The position numbers and the translations under genes are program-made. From an uncultured Acidimicrobiaceae bacterium (GTDB taxonomy: Bacteria > Actinomycetota > Acidimicrobiia > Acidimicrobiales > RAAP-2): a stretch of 64,000 bases of DNA. The DNA is taken from positions 49,639-113,638 of the forward strand of contig CAWELJ010000014.1 of NCBI GenBank assembly GCA_963809825.1. Reading direction: 5' to 3'. Each line of letters starts with the position of its first letter. The first letter of the stretch is position 1. Positions 1 through 10,872 of this stretch are shown here, piece after piece. The notes beneath the pieces are model-generated. The model saw nothing but the letters and a program-made list of their open reading frames with translations, made no database searches and was not told where the DNA came from.

Positions 1-276
1 GCCGGTGGAGCGGTCGAACGCCACCAGGGTCTCGCGCTGGTTGGTGATGCCGATGGCTGCCACCGTGTGGCCGGCCTGCGCCAGGCGGCCGCCGACCTCG
101 GCCAGGGTGGCCCGCACCGCGTCCCAGATCTCGGTGGGGTCGTGCTCCACCCATCCCGGGCGGGGGAAGTACTGGGTCAGCTCGCGGTAGGCGACGTCGG
201 CGACCCGGGCCTGCTCGTCGACGACGAGCGCACGCACGCCGGTCGTGCCCGCATCGATGGCGACGACCTTGGCCAT
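1..276 (-). CDS. glpK: glycerol kinase, N-terminal 92 codons (gene continues off the left edge)
   Basis: Reverse-strand translation from ATG (276-274) reads MAKVVAIDAGTTGVRALVVDEQARV...YFPRPGWVEHDPTEIWDAV...GITNQRETLVAFDRSTG, the typical GlpK/FGGY N-terminus. It is absent from the ORF track because there is no stop in the window. Confidence 0.85.
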   Translation of the reverse strand, partial: MAKVVAIDAGTTGVRALVVDEQARVADVAYRELTQYFPRPGWVEHDPTEIWDAVRATLAEVGGRLAQAGHTVAAIGITNQRETLVAFDRSTG

Positions 277-394
277 GGGGGGCTGACGCTAATGGTTCGC
301 GGGGAACCGGCGCCGTGGGGCCGGCGCCGGCGGCCCGTCCCGCGCTAACCATCGCGAACGGCCCGTGACCTGCATGGTTATTGCGCGCCTTTGG

Positions 395-424
395 TTGACA
401 AGGGCGTAACTACAGTGCTGTAAT
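395..424 (+). promoter_or_regulatory. putative nrdJ promoter (TTGACA-18 nt-TGTAAT)
   Basis: TTGACA at 395-400 and TGTAAT at 419-424 with an 18-nt spacer. It sits directly upstream of NrdR box 1 and about 130 nt upstream of the nrdJ start. Confidence 0.45.
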
Positions 425-425
425 G

Positions 426-441
426 ACACAGCATCTCGTGT
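426..441 (+). promoter_or_regulatory. NrdR box 1
   Basis: ACACAGCATCTCGTGT matches about 12 of 16 positions of the NrdR-box consensus acaCwAtATaTwGtgt. The ends are palindromic (ACAC...GTGT). Confidence 0.65.
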
Positions 442-457
442 CTCGGGGGAGGGCCAG

Positions 458-473
458 CCACTATATGTTGTGG
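458..473 (+). promoter_or_regulatory. NrdR box 2
   Basis: CCACTATATGTTGTGG matches about 13 of 16 positions of the NrdR-box consensus. Centre-to-centre distance to box 1 is 32 bp, the classical tandem spacing. Confidence 0.7.
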
Positions 474-552
474 TGAGGCGACTCCGCCCCCTCCCGGGCA
501 GGCAGAGCGAGCAGCGACCCCGAGACACCGCCCACGAGGAGGAACCAGCGCC

Positions 553-3471
<2,919 letters not shown>

Positions 3472-3656
3472 TTCGCCCCGGTCGTGCGGCGCATGCCACG
3501 CCGGTGAGCAGACCTCGGCAAGGAACGATTCCATCTCCGCCTGGTCCGCGAACAGCTTGCGGTAGAGGTACCGGGGGTTCCAATCGAGCAGGACGCCGCC
3601 CACGTCGAATACCACTGCCCCGATCGGAGGACCTTCTCCAGCACTGTGAGAACACA

Positions 3657-3667
3657 CATATAATATG
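3657..3667. promoter_or_regulatory. AT-rich palindrome CATATAATATG containing a TATAAT hexamer, upstream of the DeoR gene
   Basis: Perfect 5-1-5 palindrome inside the only strongly AT-rich patch of this region (3645-3685). TATAAT lies at 3659-3664, 9-18 nt upstream of the candidate DeoR starts. No clear -35 element was found. Confidence 0.3.
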
Positions 3668-3672
3668 GTAGA

Positions 3673-4440
3673 TTGAACATCATGGATGTGCACACTCGCC
3701 ACCGGATGATCCTGCAGTCCCTGCGCCAACACAGCCCGGTGCTGGTCGGGGAGCTGGCCGATGCGCTCGAGTGCTCCGAGATGACCGTACGCCGTGATCT
3801 CGAGTCCTTGGAGCGCAGTGGGGGCCTGCGTCGGGTGCATGGGGGGGCCGTGAGCGTCTTCCTCAGCGCCGAGGAGACCCCATACGGGATCCGGGCCCTC
3901 GAGTGCAGCGAGGCCAAGGCGACAATCGGCGCCGCTGTGGCCAGCCTCTTGGCCGATGGCGAGACGATCGTCCTCGACGGTGGCACCACCGCCATGGAGG
4001 TGGCCCGAGCGATCCGCAGCCGACGACTGACCGTTATGCCGCTCGCTCTGAGGCCGAGCTTCGAGTTGCACGAGTGCCCGGACATCAAACTCCTCCTCCC
4101 GGGCGGCGAGGTCCGTCCGGGAGAGCTGTCGTTGACGGGGAGTCTCACCGAACTGTCCTTGTCTCAGCTCCGATTCGACACGTGTGTGATGAGCCCATGC
4201 GGCATCGATGCCAAGGCGGGCGTTACCACGCACCTGCTCGCCGAGACGGCGGTCAAGCGAGCAGCCGCCAGAGCCTCACAGCGCGTCATCGTCGTGGCAG
4301 ACTCCTCGAAGCTCGGGCGAGTGGCGTTCGGCCACGTCTGCGATCTCGATGAGATCGACATCGTCGTTACTGATGCAGGAGCCGACCAGCAGCGAGTTGA
4401 GGAATTGCGGGCGATGGGAGTCGACATCCGCTGCGTGTGA
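3673..4440 (+). CDS. DeoR-family transcriptional regulator
   Basis: N-terminal HTH (VLVGELADALECSEMTVRRDLESLERSGGLRRVHGGAV) plus a DeoR C-terminal effector domain. The ORF-track start is TTG 3673, and ATG 3682 is equally plausible. The stop overlaps the next ORF start (GTGA at 4437-4440). Confidence 0.9.
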   Translation: MNIMDVHTRHRMILQSLRQHSPVLVGELADALECSEMTVRRDLESLERSGGLRRVHGGAVSVFLSAEETPYGIRALECSEAKATIGAAVASLLADGETIVLDGGTTAMEVARAIRSRRLTVMPLALRPSFELHECPDIKLLLPGGEVRPGELSLTGSLTELSLSQLRFDTCVMSPCGIDAKAGVTTHLLAETAVKRAAARASQRVIVVADSSKLGRVAFGHVCDLDEIDIVVTDAGADQQRVEELRAMGVDIRCV

Positions 4441-5526
4441 CGTTGACTCCGGGCTCGAGCCGACGAACGGCACCAACGTCGGCGGACCGCTGGCCCAGCG
4501 TGGCCGTCATCGCAGTGTTCTTCGTGCACGGATTCTTGTTCGCCTCCTGGACGGCGCACATACCCCAGCTGAAACAGCACCTCGGGCTCAGCGACGGCCG
4601 GCTCGGACTCGCCTTGCTCGGGGCACCCATCGGGTCGGTCCTGGCCCTGGTGGTGGCCGCCCGCGTGCTGCCGAGAGTGGGAAGCGGGCGGATGGTCCGC
4701 CTGGCGCTCCTCGGGTATTGCCTCTCGGGGCCATTCATCGGGCTCACTGGTTCTTTCGGAACCTTCTTCATCGCGTTCCTGATTTGGGGATTGTTCCAGG
4801 GGATGCTCGACGTGTCGATGAACACCCAAGCAATCGAGGTCGAGCGGGTTTCCAGCCGCGTGCTGATGCCGGGTTTCCATGGTTCTTGGAGCAGTGGCGC
4901 CCTCGTCGGTGCGGTTATCGGAGCGGCCGCGGTGGGACTCGGCATTTCGTTGAGCGAGCAGCTGCTTGTCCTGGCGGTACCGTGCCTCCTGGGCGTCGGC
5001 TGGCTCACGACCCGGATGATCCCCGACCGGCAGGATGGGAGACGGCCCCGAACCTTCGATCGGCAGCCGCGAAGGGCGCCACGGTATGCTGCAGAGGGAG
5101 CTCATCGTCCTCGGGGGCATCGCCTTCGCCGACATGCTCTGCGAGGGCGCCGCAGCCGATTGGGCCGCCGTCTATCTCCACGACTCGGTGCACACAGCAG
5201 CCCTTGTGGCTGGGATGGGGTTTGCGCTCTATGCCCTCGCCATGCTTGCCGTTCGGCTCGCCGGCAATCGGCTCTTCACCAGGTTCGCCGTCCACCGAGT
5301 GCTCCCTTTGCTCGCCGTCATCGCCACGATCGGATTCGCCGTCGCTCTGGTCGTCGCCCGTCCCGTGAGCGTGTTGATCGGATTCGGCTTGCTGGGGGCC
5401 GGACTCGGATGCGTCGTAGCGGGCCCGCGAGCGGTGATGCGGGTCGATCGCCCTCAGGGCGTGCAGGCCCAGGCGCCGGTGACGTGGACCTTGCCCTTGC
5501 CCGGATTGCCCCGGAAGGAGCTGTAA
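4437..5526 (+). pseudogene. MFS transporter, frameshifted and 3'-truncated
   Basis: TM1-6 are read in the frame of 4437 (VFFVHGFLFASWTAHIPQLKQHLGL...LLGVGWLTTRMIP). TM7-10 continue in the +1 frame (ORF 5035..5526: LIVLGGIAFADMLCEGAAADWAAVYL...LIGFGLLGAGLGCVV). The last two helices are absent, and the reading frame runs into the antisense of the next gene. Confidence 0.7.
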
Positions 5527-5960
5527 CCGGCGAGGGTGATGCTCACCTTCCCCGTGGTGTGGGTGGTGGTGATCGTCCCGTTCTTCGTCTCCGAGGCCCA
5601 GTTCCAGTTCGTCGTGCCGTCGGGCGTGGCGCCGATGAGGGCGACGTTGGGTCCCTCGCCGTTCGACTGGGCGAAGTTCTTCCACGTCCCGGCCTTGGGT
5701 GCGTAGAGCTGCAGGGTCCACTTGGTGGCCGGCGCGCCCTTGAGCGTCCCGTTCAGCATGAACGTGGCCCCCTTCGACGTGACCACCTGCTGGCTGCAGG
5801 GCGTATTGGGCTCGCTGAGCGTTCCGCTGACCGAACCGGTGAACTTGAACGAGGTCTGACTCGGGGCGGCTGCCGCACCCGCCATCGCCGGCGCGACGAA
5901 GAGCGCCAGCCCGCATGCAGACGCAATGACGCTGTTCCTGACCGTTGTGAACGCTGGCAT
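5454..5960 (-). CDS. secreted protein of unknown function (168 aa)
   Basis: GGGAGG lies about 6 nt upstream of the ATG. There is an N-terminal signal peptide (SACGLALFVAPAMAGAAAA) and a Thr/Gly/Lys-rich, beta-type mature part with two Cys. No family was recognised. Confidence 0.7.
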   Translation of the reverse strand: MPAFTTVRNSVIASACGLALFVAPAMAGAAAAPSQTSFKFTGSVSGTLSEPNTPCSQQVVTSKGATFMLNGTLKGAPATKWTLQLYAPKAGTWKNFAQSNGEGPNVALIGATPDGTTNWNWASETKNGTITTTHTTGKVSITLAGYSSFRGNPGKGKVHVTGAWACTP

Positions 5961-6044
5961 GACCGTCCTCCCTGCGCCCGATGGCGCCTCAGTTCCAGAG
6001 GGATGACGAAGTGGAGGGCCGGGGGTTACAGCGGGCTCGATCTG

Positions 6045-6950
6045 CTAGTTCATGGCGTGGGCGCGCTCGCGGAGGATGCGCTGGAACTGGTGGACCGCGA
6101 GCGTCGCCGGCACCGTGGTCTCCATGAAGTCCCGGAGCGCCCGGAGGAATTCGCGGGGTGCCTCGACGTGGGGAAAGTGACCGGCCCCCGCCACGATCTC
6201 GAGGCGACTGTTCGGCATGGCGGCGTGCGCATCGTGGGCGTGGCTGACCGGGATGATGGAGTCGTCCTCGCCCCAGACGATCAGCGTCGGGACCTGCTGG
6301 GTGAGGTAGAGGCGGTCCATCGCACTGACGGTCTGGCCTCCGGGATCGATGACGGACCGGATGGTCCTGATGAACGACTGACGGTTCGCACCGTCGGTCA
6401 ACGAGGCGTACGACCGCCACATCTCGCCGACGCGCGGCATGCGGATCCCTCGGGAATGGAGCAGCCGGCTGAGCTCGTCCCCGGGCGCCCGGAGAAACGG
6501 CGGGAAGATGATCGGCATCAGGTACTCGGCCCCGGGCAGGGTCATGAACCGCAGCAGCCAGCTCACCTCGCGGCCGAGCCCGCCGCTGTCGACGAGGACC
6601 AGGCGCTCGCACCATTCGGGGTTCTGGTAGCAGAACTGCATGGCGACGCCCCCGCCGAAGGACTGGCCGACCACGGTCGCGCGGGGGACGCCGACGACTC
6701 CCAGCAGGTCGCGCAGAACGTTGGCGTAGGCGCCCAGCGAGTAGTCACCGGTCGGCTTGGCCGACTGACCGTGGCCCAGCAGGTCCGGCGCGATCACCGT
6801 GTACCGCTCGGTCAGGTCGGGCATCACCTCCCGCCACGCTCCGGAGCTCCCGGCGATCCCGTGGATCAGGAGGATGGCGGGCCCCTCGCCGGCCATCCGA
6901 AACCCCAGGTCGTGGCCGTGAATCTGCACGTGCTGTAGTTCGAATCCCAC
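6045..6950 (-). CDS. alpha/beta-fold hydrolase
   Basis: Motifs HG (LLIHGIAGS), nucleophile elbow GQSFGG, and C-terminal GHFPHVE. I place the start at GTG 6950, preceded by GGAGG. The longer ORF-track N-terminus is Arg/Pro-rich and implausible. Confidence 0.85.
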   Translation of the reverse strand: MGFELQHVQIHGHDLGFRMAGEGPAILLIHGIAGSSGAWREVMPDLTERYTVIAPDLLGHGQSAKPTGDYSLGAYANVLRDLLGVVGVPRATVVGQSFGGGVAMQFCYQNPEWCERLVLVDSGGLGREVSWLLRFMTLPGAEYLMPIIFPPFLRAPGDELSRLLHSRGIRMPRVGEMWRSYASLTDGANRQSFIRTIRSVIDPGGQTVSAMDRLYLTQQVPTLIVWGEDDSIIPVSHAHDAHAAMPNSRLEIVAGAGHFPHVEAPREFLRALRDFMETTVPATLAVHQFQRILRERAHAMN

Positions 6951-7023
6951 TGTGCCTCCGTTGTCGGAGCCGAACCTACCCTGCCTCCGGTACCCGGCGG
7001 GGGAGGTTCGGAGGCGAGTCCGG

Positions 7024-9204
7024 CTAGGAGGCTGATCCGGTGGTCGCCACCGCCCCGGGCTGGAGGGGTGGCGGCGGCGCCACCACGGGCTGGAGGCCCG
7101 CACCTTCCACGTCGATGGACGGCAGGACACGATCCAACCAGTGCGGGAGCCACCAGGCCCGCCCGCCGAGCAGCGCCATGGCCGCCGGGATCAGCGTCAT
7201 GCGCACGATGAACGCGTCGACCGCGACGCCCACGGCCAGCGCGAAGGCGATCTCCTTCGTGATGAGGTCACTGGCGATGACGTAGCTGGCGAAGATGGAG
7301 AACATGATGATGGCGGCTGCCGTGACCACCGGTGCCGACATGCCGAAACCGGTCCGGACTGCCTCGACGGGAGGCCTGCCGGATGCGTGCTCCTCGCGCA
7401 TGCGGCTGACGAGGAACATCTCGTAGTCCATGGCCAAGCCGAAGAGGATGCCGGTCATCATGAGCGGCAAGAAGCTGATCACGGGAGCAGAAGCCGGCAG
7501 CGCGACCAGGTTGGCGAGGTGCCCGTCCTCGAAGATCCAGACGACGGCGCCCAGCGCCGCACCGATGGTCAGGAGGAAGCCGAGAACCGCCGTGAGCGGC
7601 ACGAGGAGCGAGCGGAAGACCAGCATGAGCAGGAGGGCGGCGATGCCCACCACGACGAGCAGGTAGAGCGGCAGCGCGGCGCCGAGCTTGGCCGAGACGT
7701 CGATGCCGAGTGCAGTCGGCCCGGTCACGAGCACGCGCGCGCCGAACGGTGCCGCCACGGCCGCCGACTTCTCGCGGATGGTGGCAACGAGGTCCTTGGT
7801 CGCCGCCGAACTCGGGCCCGACGTCGGGATCACGTCGACCACGGTGACGTTCTTGGCCGCGTTCTGGATGGGTGGGGAGACGGAGGCGACCCCCGGCACC
7901 GCCGCCAGGTCCTTGGTCGCCGTCTCGGCCACCGCGACGGGGTCCAAGCGGGCGGGCGCATCGACCACGACGAGCAGCGGCGCGTTGACCCCCGGACCGA
8001 AACCACGCGCCAAGAGGTCGTAGGCCGTGCGCGCCGTGTCGGACTTGGGCAGCGTCCCTGCGCTGGGCAGGCCGAGGTCCAGCTTGAGCAGCGGCGAGGC
8101 GATGGCCAGGAGCAGGATCACCCCCGTAATGACCACGAACACGGCGCGCTTGGTGGTGAACGCGACCCAGCGGGCGAAGAAGCCCCGACCGGGTGCCTTC
8201 ACCCGCGACGGCTTGATCTTGGCCCCCGCGAACCCGAGGAGGGCGGGAATGAGCGTCACCGCGATCAGGACGGCCACGACGACGGTCCCGGCGGCGCAGA
8301 GCCCCATGACGGTCAGGAAGGGGATGCCCGTCACGCTCAGCCCGACCAGTGCCACGACGACGGTGCAGCCGGCGAACACGACGGCCATCCCCGCCGTCCC
8401 GGCCGCCGTGGACGCAGCCTCCTCGGGCGACGCGCCGGTGCCCCTCTCGTCTCGGTAGCGGTGCACGATGAAGAGGGCGTAGTCGATCGCCACGGCCAGG
8501 CCCAGCATCGTGGCGAGAATCGGTGCGGTGGCCGACAGCGAGATGACGCCGCTCAGCGCGTTGATCGCGGTCAGCCCTATCCCCACGCCGATCAGCGCGT
8601 TGAGCAGGGGCAGGCCCGCCGCGATCATGGAACCGAAGGTGATCGTGAGCACGAGGAACGCGATCAGGAGACCGAGGGCATCGGAGTTCTTCGTCGTCGG
8701 CTGGTTGACGATGCCGCCGCCGAAGGCGACCGTCACACCCTGGGCGCGCGCCGGCCGGGCTGCCGCAACGAGGTCCCGCTTGGCCTCGGCGCTGATGTTG
8801 CTCGCCGGGACCTTGAACGCGACCGTGGCGTAGCCGATGCGACCGTTCTTCGAGATCGACGTGCTGCCGTAGGGGTCGGTGACGAGCAGGACCTGTGCCC
8901 CTCGCCGGGCCTGGGCGATCGATGCCTCGACGGCCGCCTTGATCGTGGGGACGTGCAAGGTCGTGCCCGCCGGGGCCGCGAAGACCATCTGGGCCGTGGC
9001 GCCCGAGGCGGCGGGGAAGCGCTGCTCGAGCAGGTCCATCGCCTGCTGGGACTGGGTACCCGGAACCGTGAACTGCGTCGACTCCGGCTTCGAGACGATG
9101 ACCGAGATGGAGGCCACCGCGATCAGGATCATCAGCCATGCGAGGAGGGTCGCCCAGCGATGTCGAAAGGTGCCCCGACCGATGCGTGCCAGCAATCCCG
9201 CCAT
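7024..9204 (-). CDS. MMPL-family (RND superfamily) membrane transporter
   Basis: 726 aa with the typical MmpL N-terminus (MAGLLARIGRGTFRHRWATLLAWLMILIAV). It has two 6-TM bundles with extracytoplasmic loops. GGAGGA lies upstream of the ATG. Confidence 0.9.
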   Translation of the reverse strand: MAGLLARIGRGTFRHRWATLLAWLMILIAVASISVIVSKPESTQFTVPGTQSQQAMDLLEQRFPAASGATAQMVFAAPAGTTLHVPTIKAAVEASIAQARRGAQVLLVTDPYGSTSISKNGRIGYATVAFKVPASNISAEAKRDLVAAARPARAQGVTVAFGGGIVNQPTTKNSDALGLLIAFLVLTITFGSMIAAGLPLLNALIGVGIGLTAINALSGVISLSATAPILATMLGLAVAIDYALFIVHRYRDERGTGASPEEAASTAAGTAGMAVVFAGCTVVVALVGLSVTGIPFLTVMGLCAAGTVVVAVLIAVTLIPALLGFAGAKIKPSRVKAPGRGFFARWVAFTTKRAVFVVITGVILLLAIASPLLKLDLGLPSAGTLPKSDTARTAYDLLARGFGPGVNAPLLVVVDAPARLDPVAVAETATKDLAAVPGVASVSPPIQNAAKNVTVVDVIPTSGPSSAATKDLVATIREKSAAVAAPFGARVLVTGPTALGIDVSAKLGAALPLYLLVVVGIAALLLMLVFRSLLVPLTAVLGFLLTIGAALGAVVWIFEDGHLANLVALPASAPVISFLPLMMTGILFGLAMDYEMFLVSRMREEHASGRPPVEAVRTGFGMSAPVVTAAAIIMFSIFASYVIASDLITKEIAFALAVGVAVDAFIVRMTLIPAAMALLGGRAWWLPHWLDRVLPSIDVEGAGLQPVVAPPPPLQPGAVATTGSAS

Positions 9205-9217
9205 CAGTTCCTCCGCG

Positions 9218-10063
9218 TCAGGCTCGGCCGCCGGGCCCCATGGAATGGGGGATCCGGTTCTCGTGGTGCCTCACGATGCACCCGGAGGTGCTGCCCCGCC
9301 GCCCGTTCACGTCCACAAGGTTCTTGTGTCGGTAGCGAAGGGCGACGGGTTGAGCCCTCGTGCCCAGGAGGCCCTGCGTGCGAACGATGCGGGCTCTCAG
9401 CGCTTCGGCGTGAATTTGGTAGCTGGCCGGCGCGGCGAGCGGGGTCAGCGTGACCGACCGGCGGCCCGAGCTCACGATGATCTTCGTCCCTCCGGCGCCG
9501 ACGTCCACCTCGGACGGGCCGAGCAAGATCTCCTTGTGGCTGGTGCCCGGCTCGAGGATGCCTTCGAACGTGGGGTGCTGGCCGAGGACCCCGATGCTGA
9601 CCCAGGATCGCCCCGTCGTCGTGGCCACCGTGACCTGGTACGCCGCCACCGCGATGCTGTAGGTGGCCGGGCCGCCGCTGGACGGCAGGGCGGTGAGCAA
9701 CGGGGCCTTGGGGTTCGTGACCGTCCCGTGGTGCGCGGGGGGTGTGGTGCTCGTCCCGGACCCCCCTCCGTTCCCGCTGCCGATGACCCCGGACTTGACG
9801 AGCCCGAGCGCCGCCCCGGCAGCGATCACTGCCAGCGCCACGACGGCGACGGCGACCCGGAGCCAACGGGCCGAGCCCGGCTGACCGGGGCCCCGGCTGC
9901 CGCTCCCGACCGCCGGGATCTTGTCGGTGTCGCCGTAGGTCGGGTAGGCCAGGGCGTCGGGGAAGAGCTGGCCCTGGCCCTCCGGTCCGAGCTGGTGGAA
10001 CACGGTCGTGTCAGACGGCACTGCACCGGGCACCGCTTCGCCGGGATGCACCTCCATCGCCAT
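9218..10063 (-). CDS. single-pass membrane protein with a DUF4115-like (RodZ C-terminal-like) extracytoplasmic domain
   Basis: GGAGGTG RBS, one TM helix (WLRVAVAVVALAVIAAGAALGLV), a Gly/Ser/Thr linker, then YSIAVAAYQVTVATTTGRSWVSIGVLG...GGTKIIVSSGRRSVTL, which resembles DUF4115. There is no HTH. A basic 60-aa tail has high GC3. Confidence 0.6.
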   Translation of the reverse strand: MAMEVHPGEAVPGAVPSDTTVFHQLGPEGQGQLFPDALAYPTYGDTDKIPAVGSGSRGPGQPGSARWLRVAVAVVALAVIAAGAALGLVKSGVIGSGNGGGSGTSTTPPAHHGTVTNPKAPLLTALPSSGGPATYSIAVAAYQVTVATTTGRSWVSIGVLGQHPTFEGILEPGTSHKEILLGPSEVDVGAGGTKIIVSSGRRSVTLTPLAAPASYQIHAEALRARIVRTQGLLGTRAQPVALRYRHKNLVDVNGRRGSTSGCIVRHHENRIPHSMGPGGRA

Positions 10064-10344
10064 CTGAGTCCACCTCCAACGCCCGGGTCTCGACTACCTC
10101 AATCTCAATTATGACCCGGCCTCGCCACAATTTTTGCACGCATCAACCCACGCTGCCGCCCGCCCCGGCACCACCGTGGCCCACCCACAGGATCCCACGT
10201 CACGGAGCCAGGTGGGCGCCAGGACGCGATCGAGCCGTTCGAGGCCCCCCGGGGTCCGCGACGGGCTCGATCCGTGTGCCCGTGCGCCATCGGCGGGCCG
10301 CCCGGAACGGTGTCCCCGCCGGACCGATCCCACCGCCTGAGGGC

Positions 10345-10851
10345 TCACCGGCCCACGCTGCCGTCGACGAGCTCCCGGGTGATGTCCATGTGGCCGACGT
10401 GCCGCGCCGTCTCCTCGATGAGGTGGTACACGGCCCAGCGCAGCGTCGTGGGGCGAAGGTCGCCGGCGGAGGGCAGGTCGAGGGAGGTCGCCCGGTCGAG
10501 CACCGCGTCGGCCAGTGCGCTCTCGGCACGGTAGAAGGCGACCGCCTCGGCGGGGCCCCACCCGTCGGGCAACTCGAACATGTGGGCCCGCCACCCCATG
10601 TCCATCGGCTCCCCGGCGCAGATGGCGCGGAGCCAGAGCCTCTCCGCATAGCCCAGATGGACCACGAGCACGCCCAGGGAGTTGGCCGTCGGAGCCGGCG
10701 TCCAGCGCAACTGTGCCGGGGTCAGCCCCTCGACCTTGTAGATGGCGCTGTCGCGCAGGTGCTGGAGCCACGCCCTCGCCATCGGCAGCTCGGCGAGAGG
10801 TACGGCCTCTTCGGGCCGCGCCACCCGCAATTGCGGAGGAGACTCCGGCAC
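10345..10851 (-). CDS. DinB-like / DUF664 family protein
   Basis: 168 aa. A four-helix DinB pattern with conserved His positions (VVHLGYAERLW ... YHLIEETARHVGHMDITREL). Confidence 0.8.
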   Translation of the reverse strand: MPESPPQLRVARPEEAVPLAELPMARAWLQHLRDSAIYKVEGLTPAQLRWTPAPTANSLGVLVVHLGYAERLWLRAICAGEPMDMGWRAHMFELPDGWGPAEAVAFYRAESALADAVLDRATSLDLPSAGDLRPTTLRWAVYHLIEETARHVGHMDITRELVDGSVGR

Positions 10852-10872
10852 GGGCCGTCCGATGGCGGGTCG

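Noticed and set aside
277-552. Possible cobalamin riboswitch in front of the B12-dependent RNR
   Set aside because: I saw no B12-box-like core or the multi-stem architecture expected. The leader after the proposed promoter is only about 120 nt and is occupied by two NrdR boxes, which explain regulation adequately.
4437-6938. 833-aa plus-strand ORF from the ORF track
   Set aside because: Only the first 200 or so codons are MFS-like. The rest is out-of-frame MFS sequence and the antisense of the secreted-protein and alpha/beta-hydrolase genes. I treated it as a frameshifted pseudogene (4437-5526) instead.
6930-6965. tRNA-like TΨC-arm sequence GTAGTTCGAATCCCAC
   Set aside because: The flanks cannot form a T-stem, acceptor stem or anticodon arm. 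The sequence lies in the first codons of the alpha/beta hydrolase (GFELQHV) and its RBS, so the match to GTTCGAATCC is coincidental.
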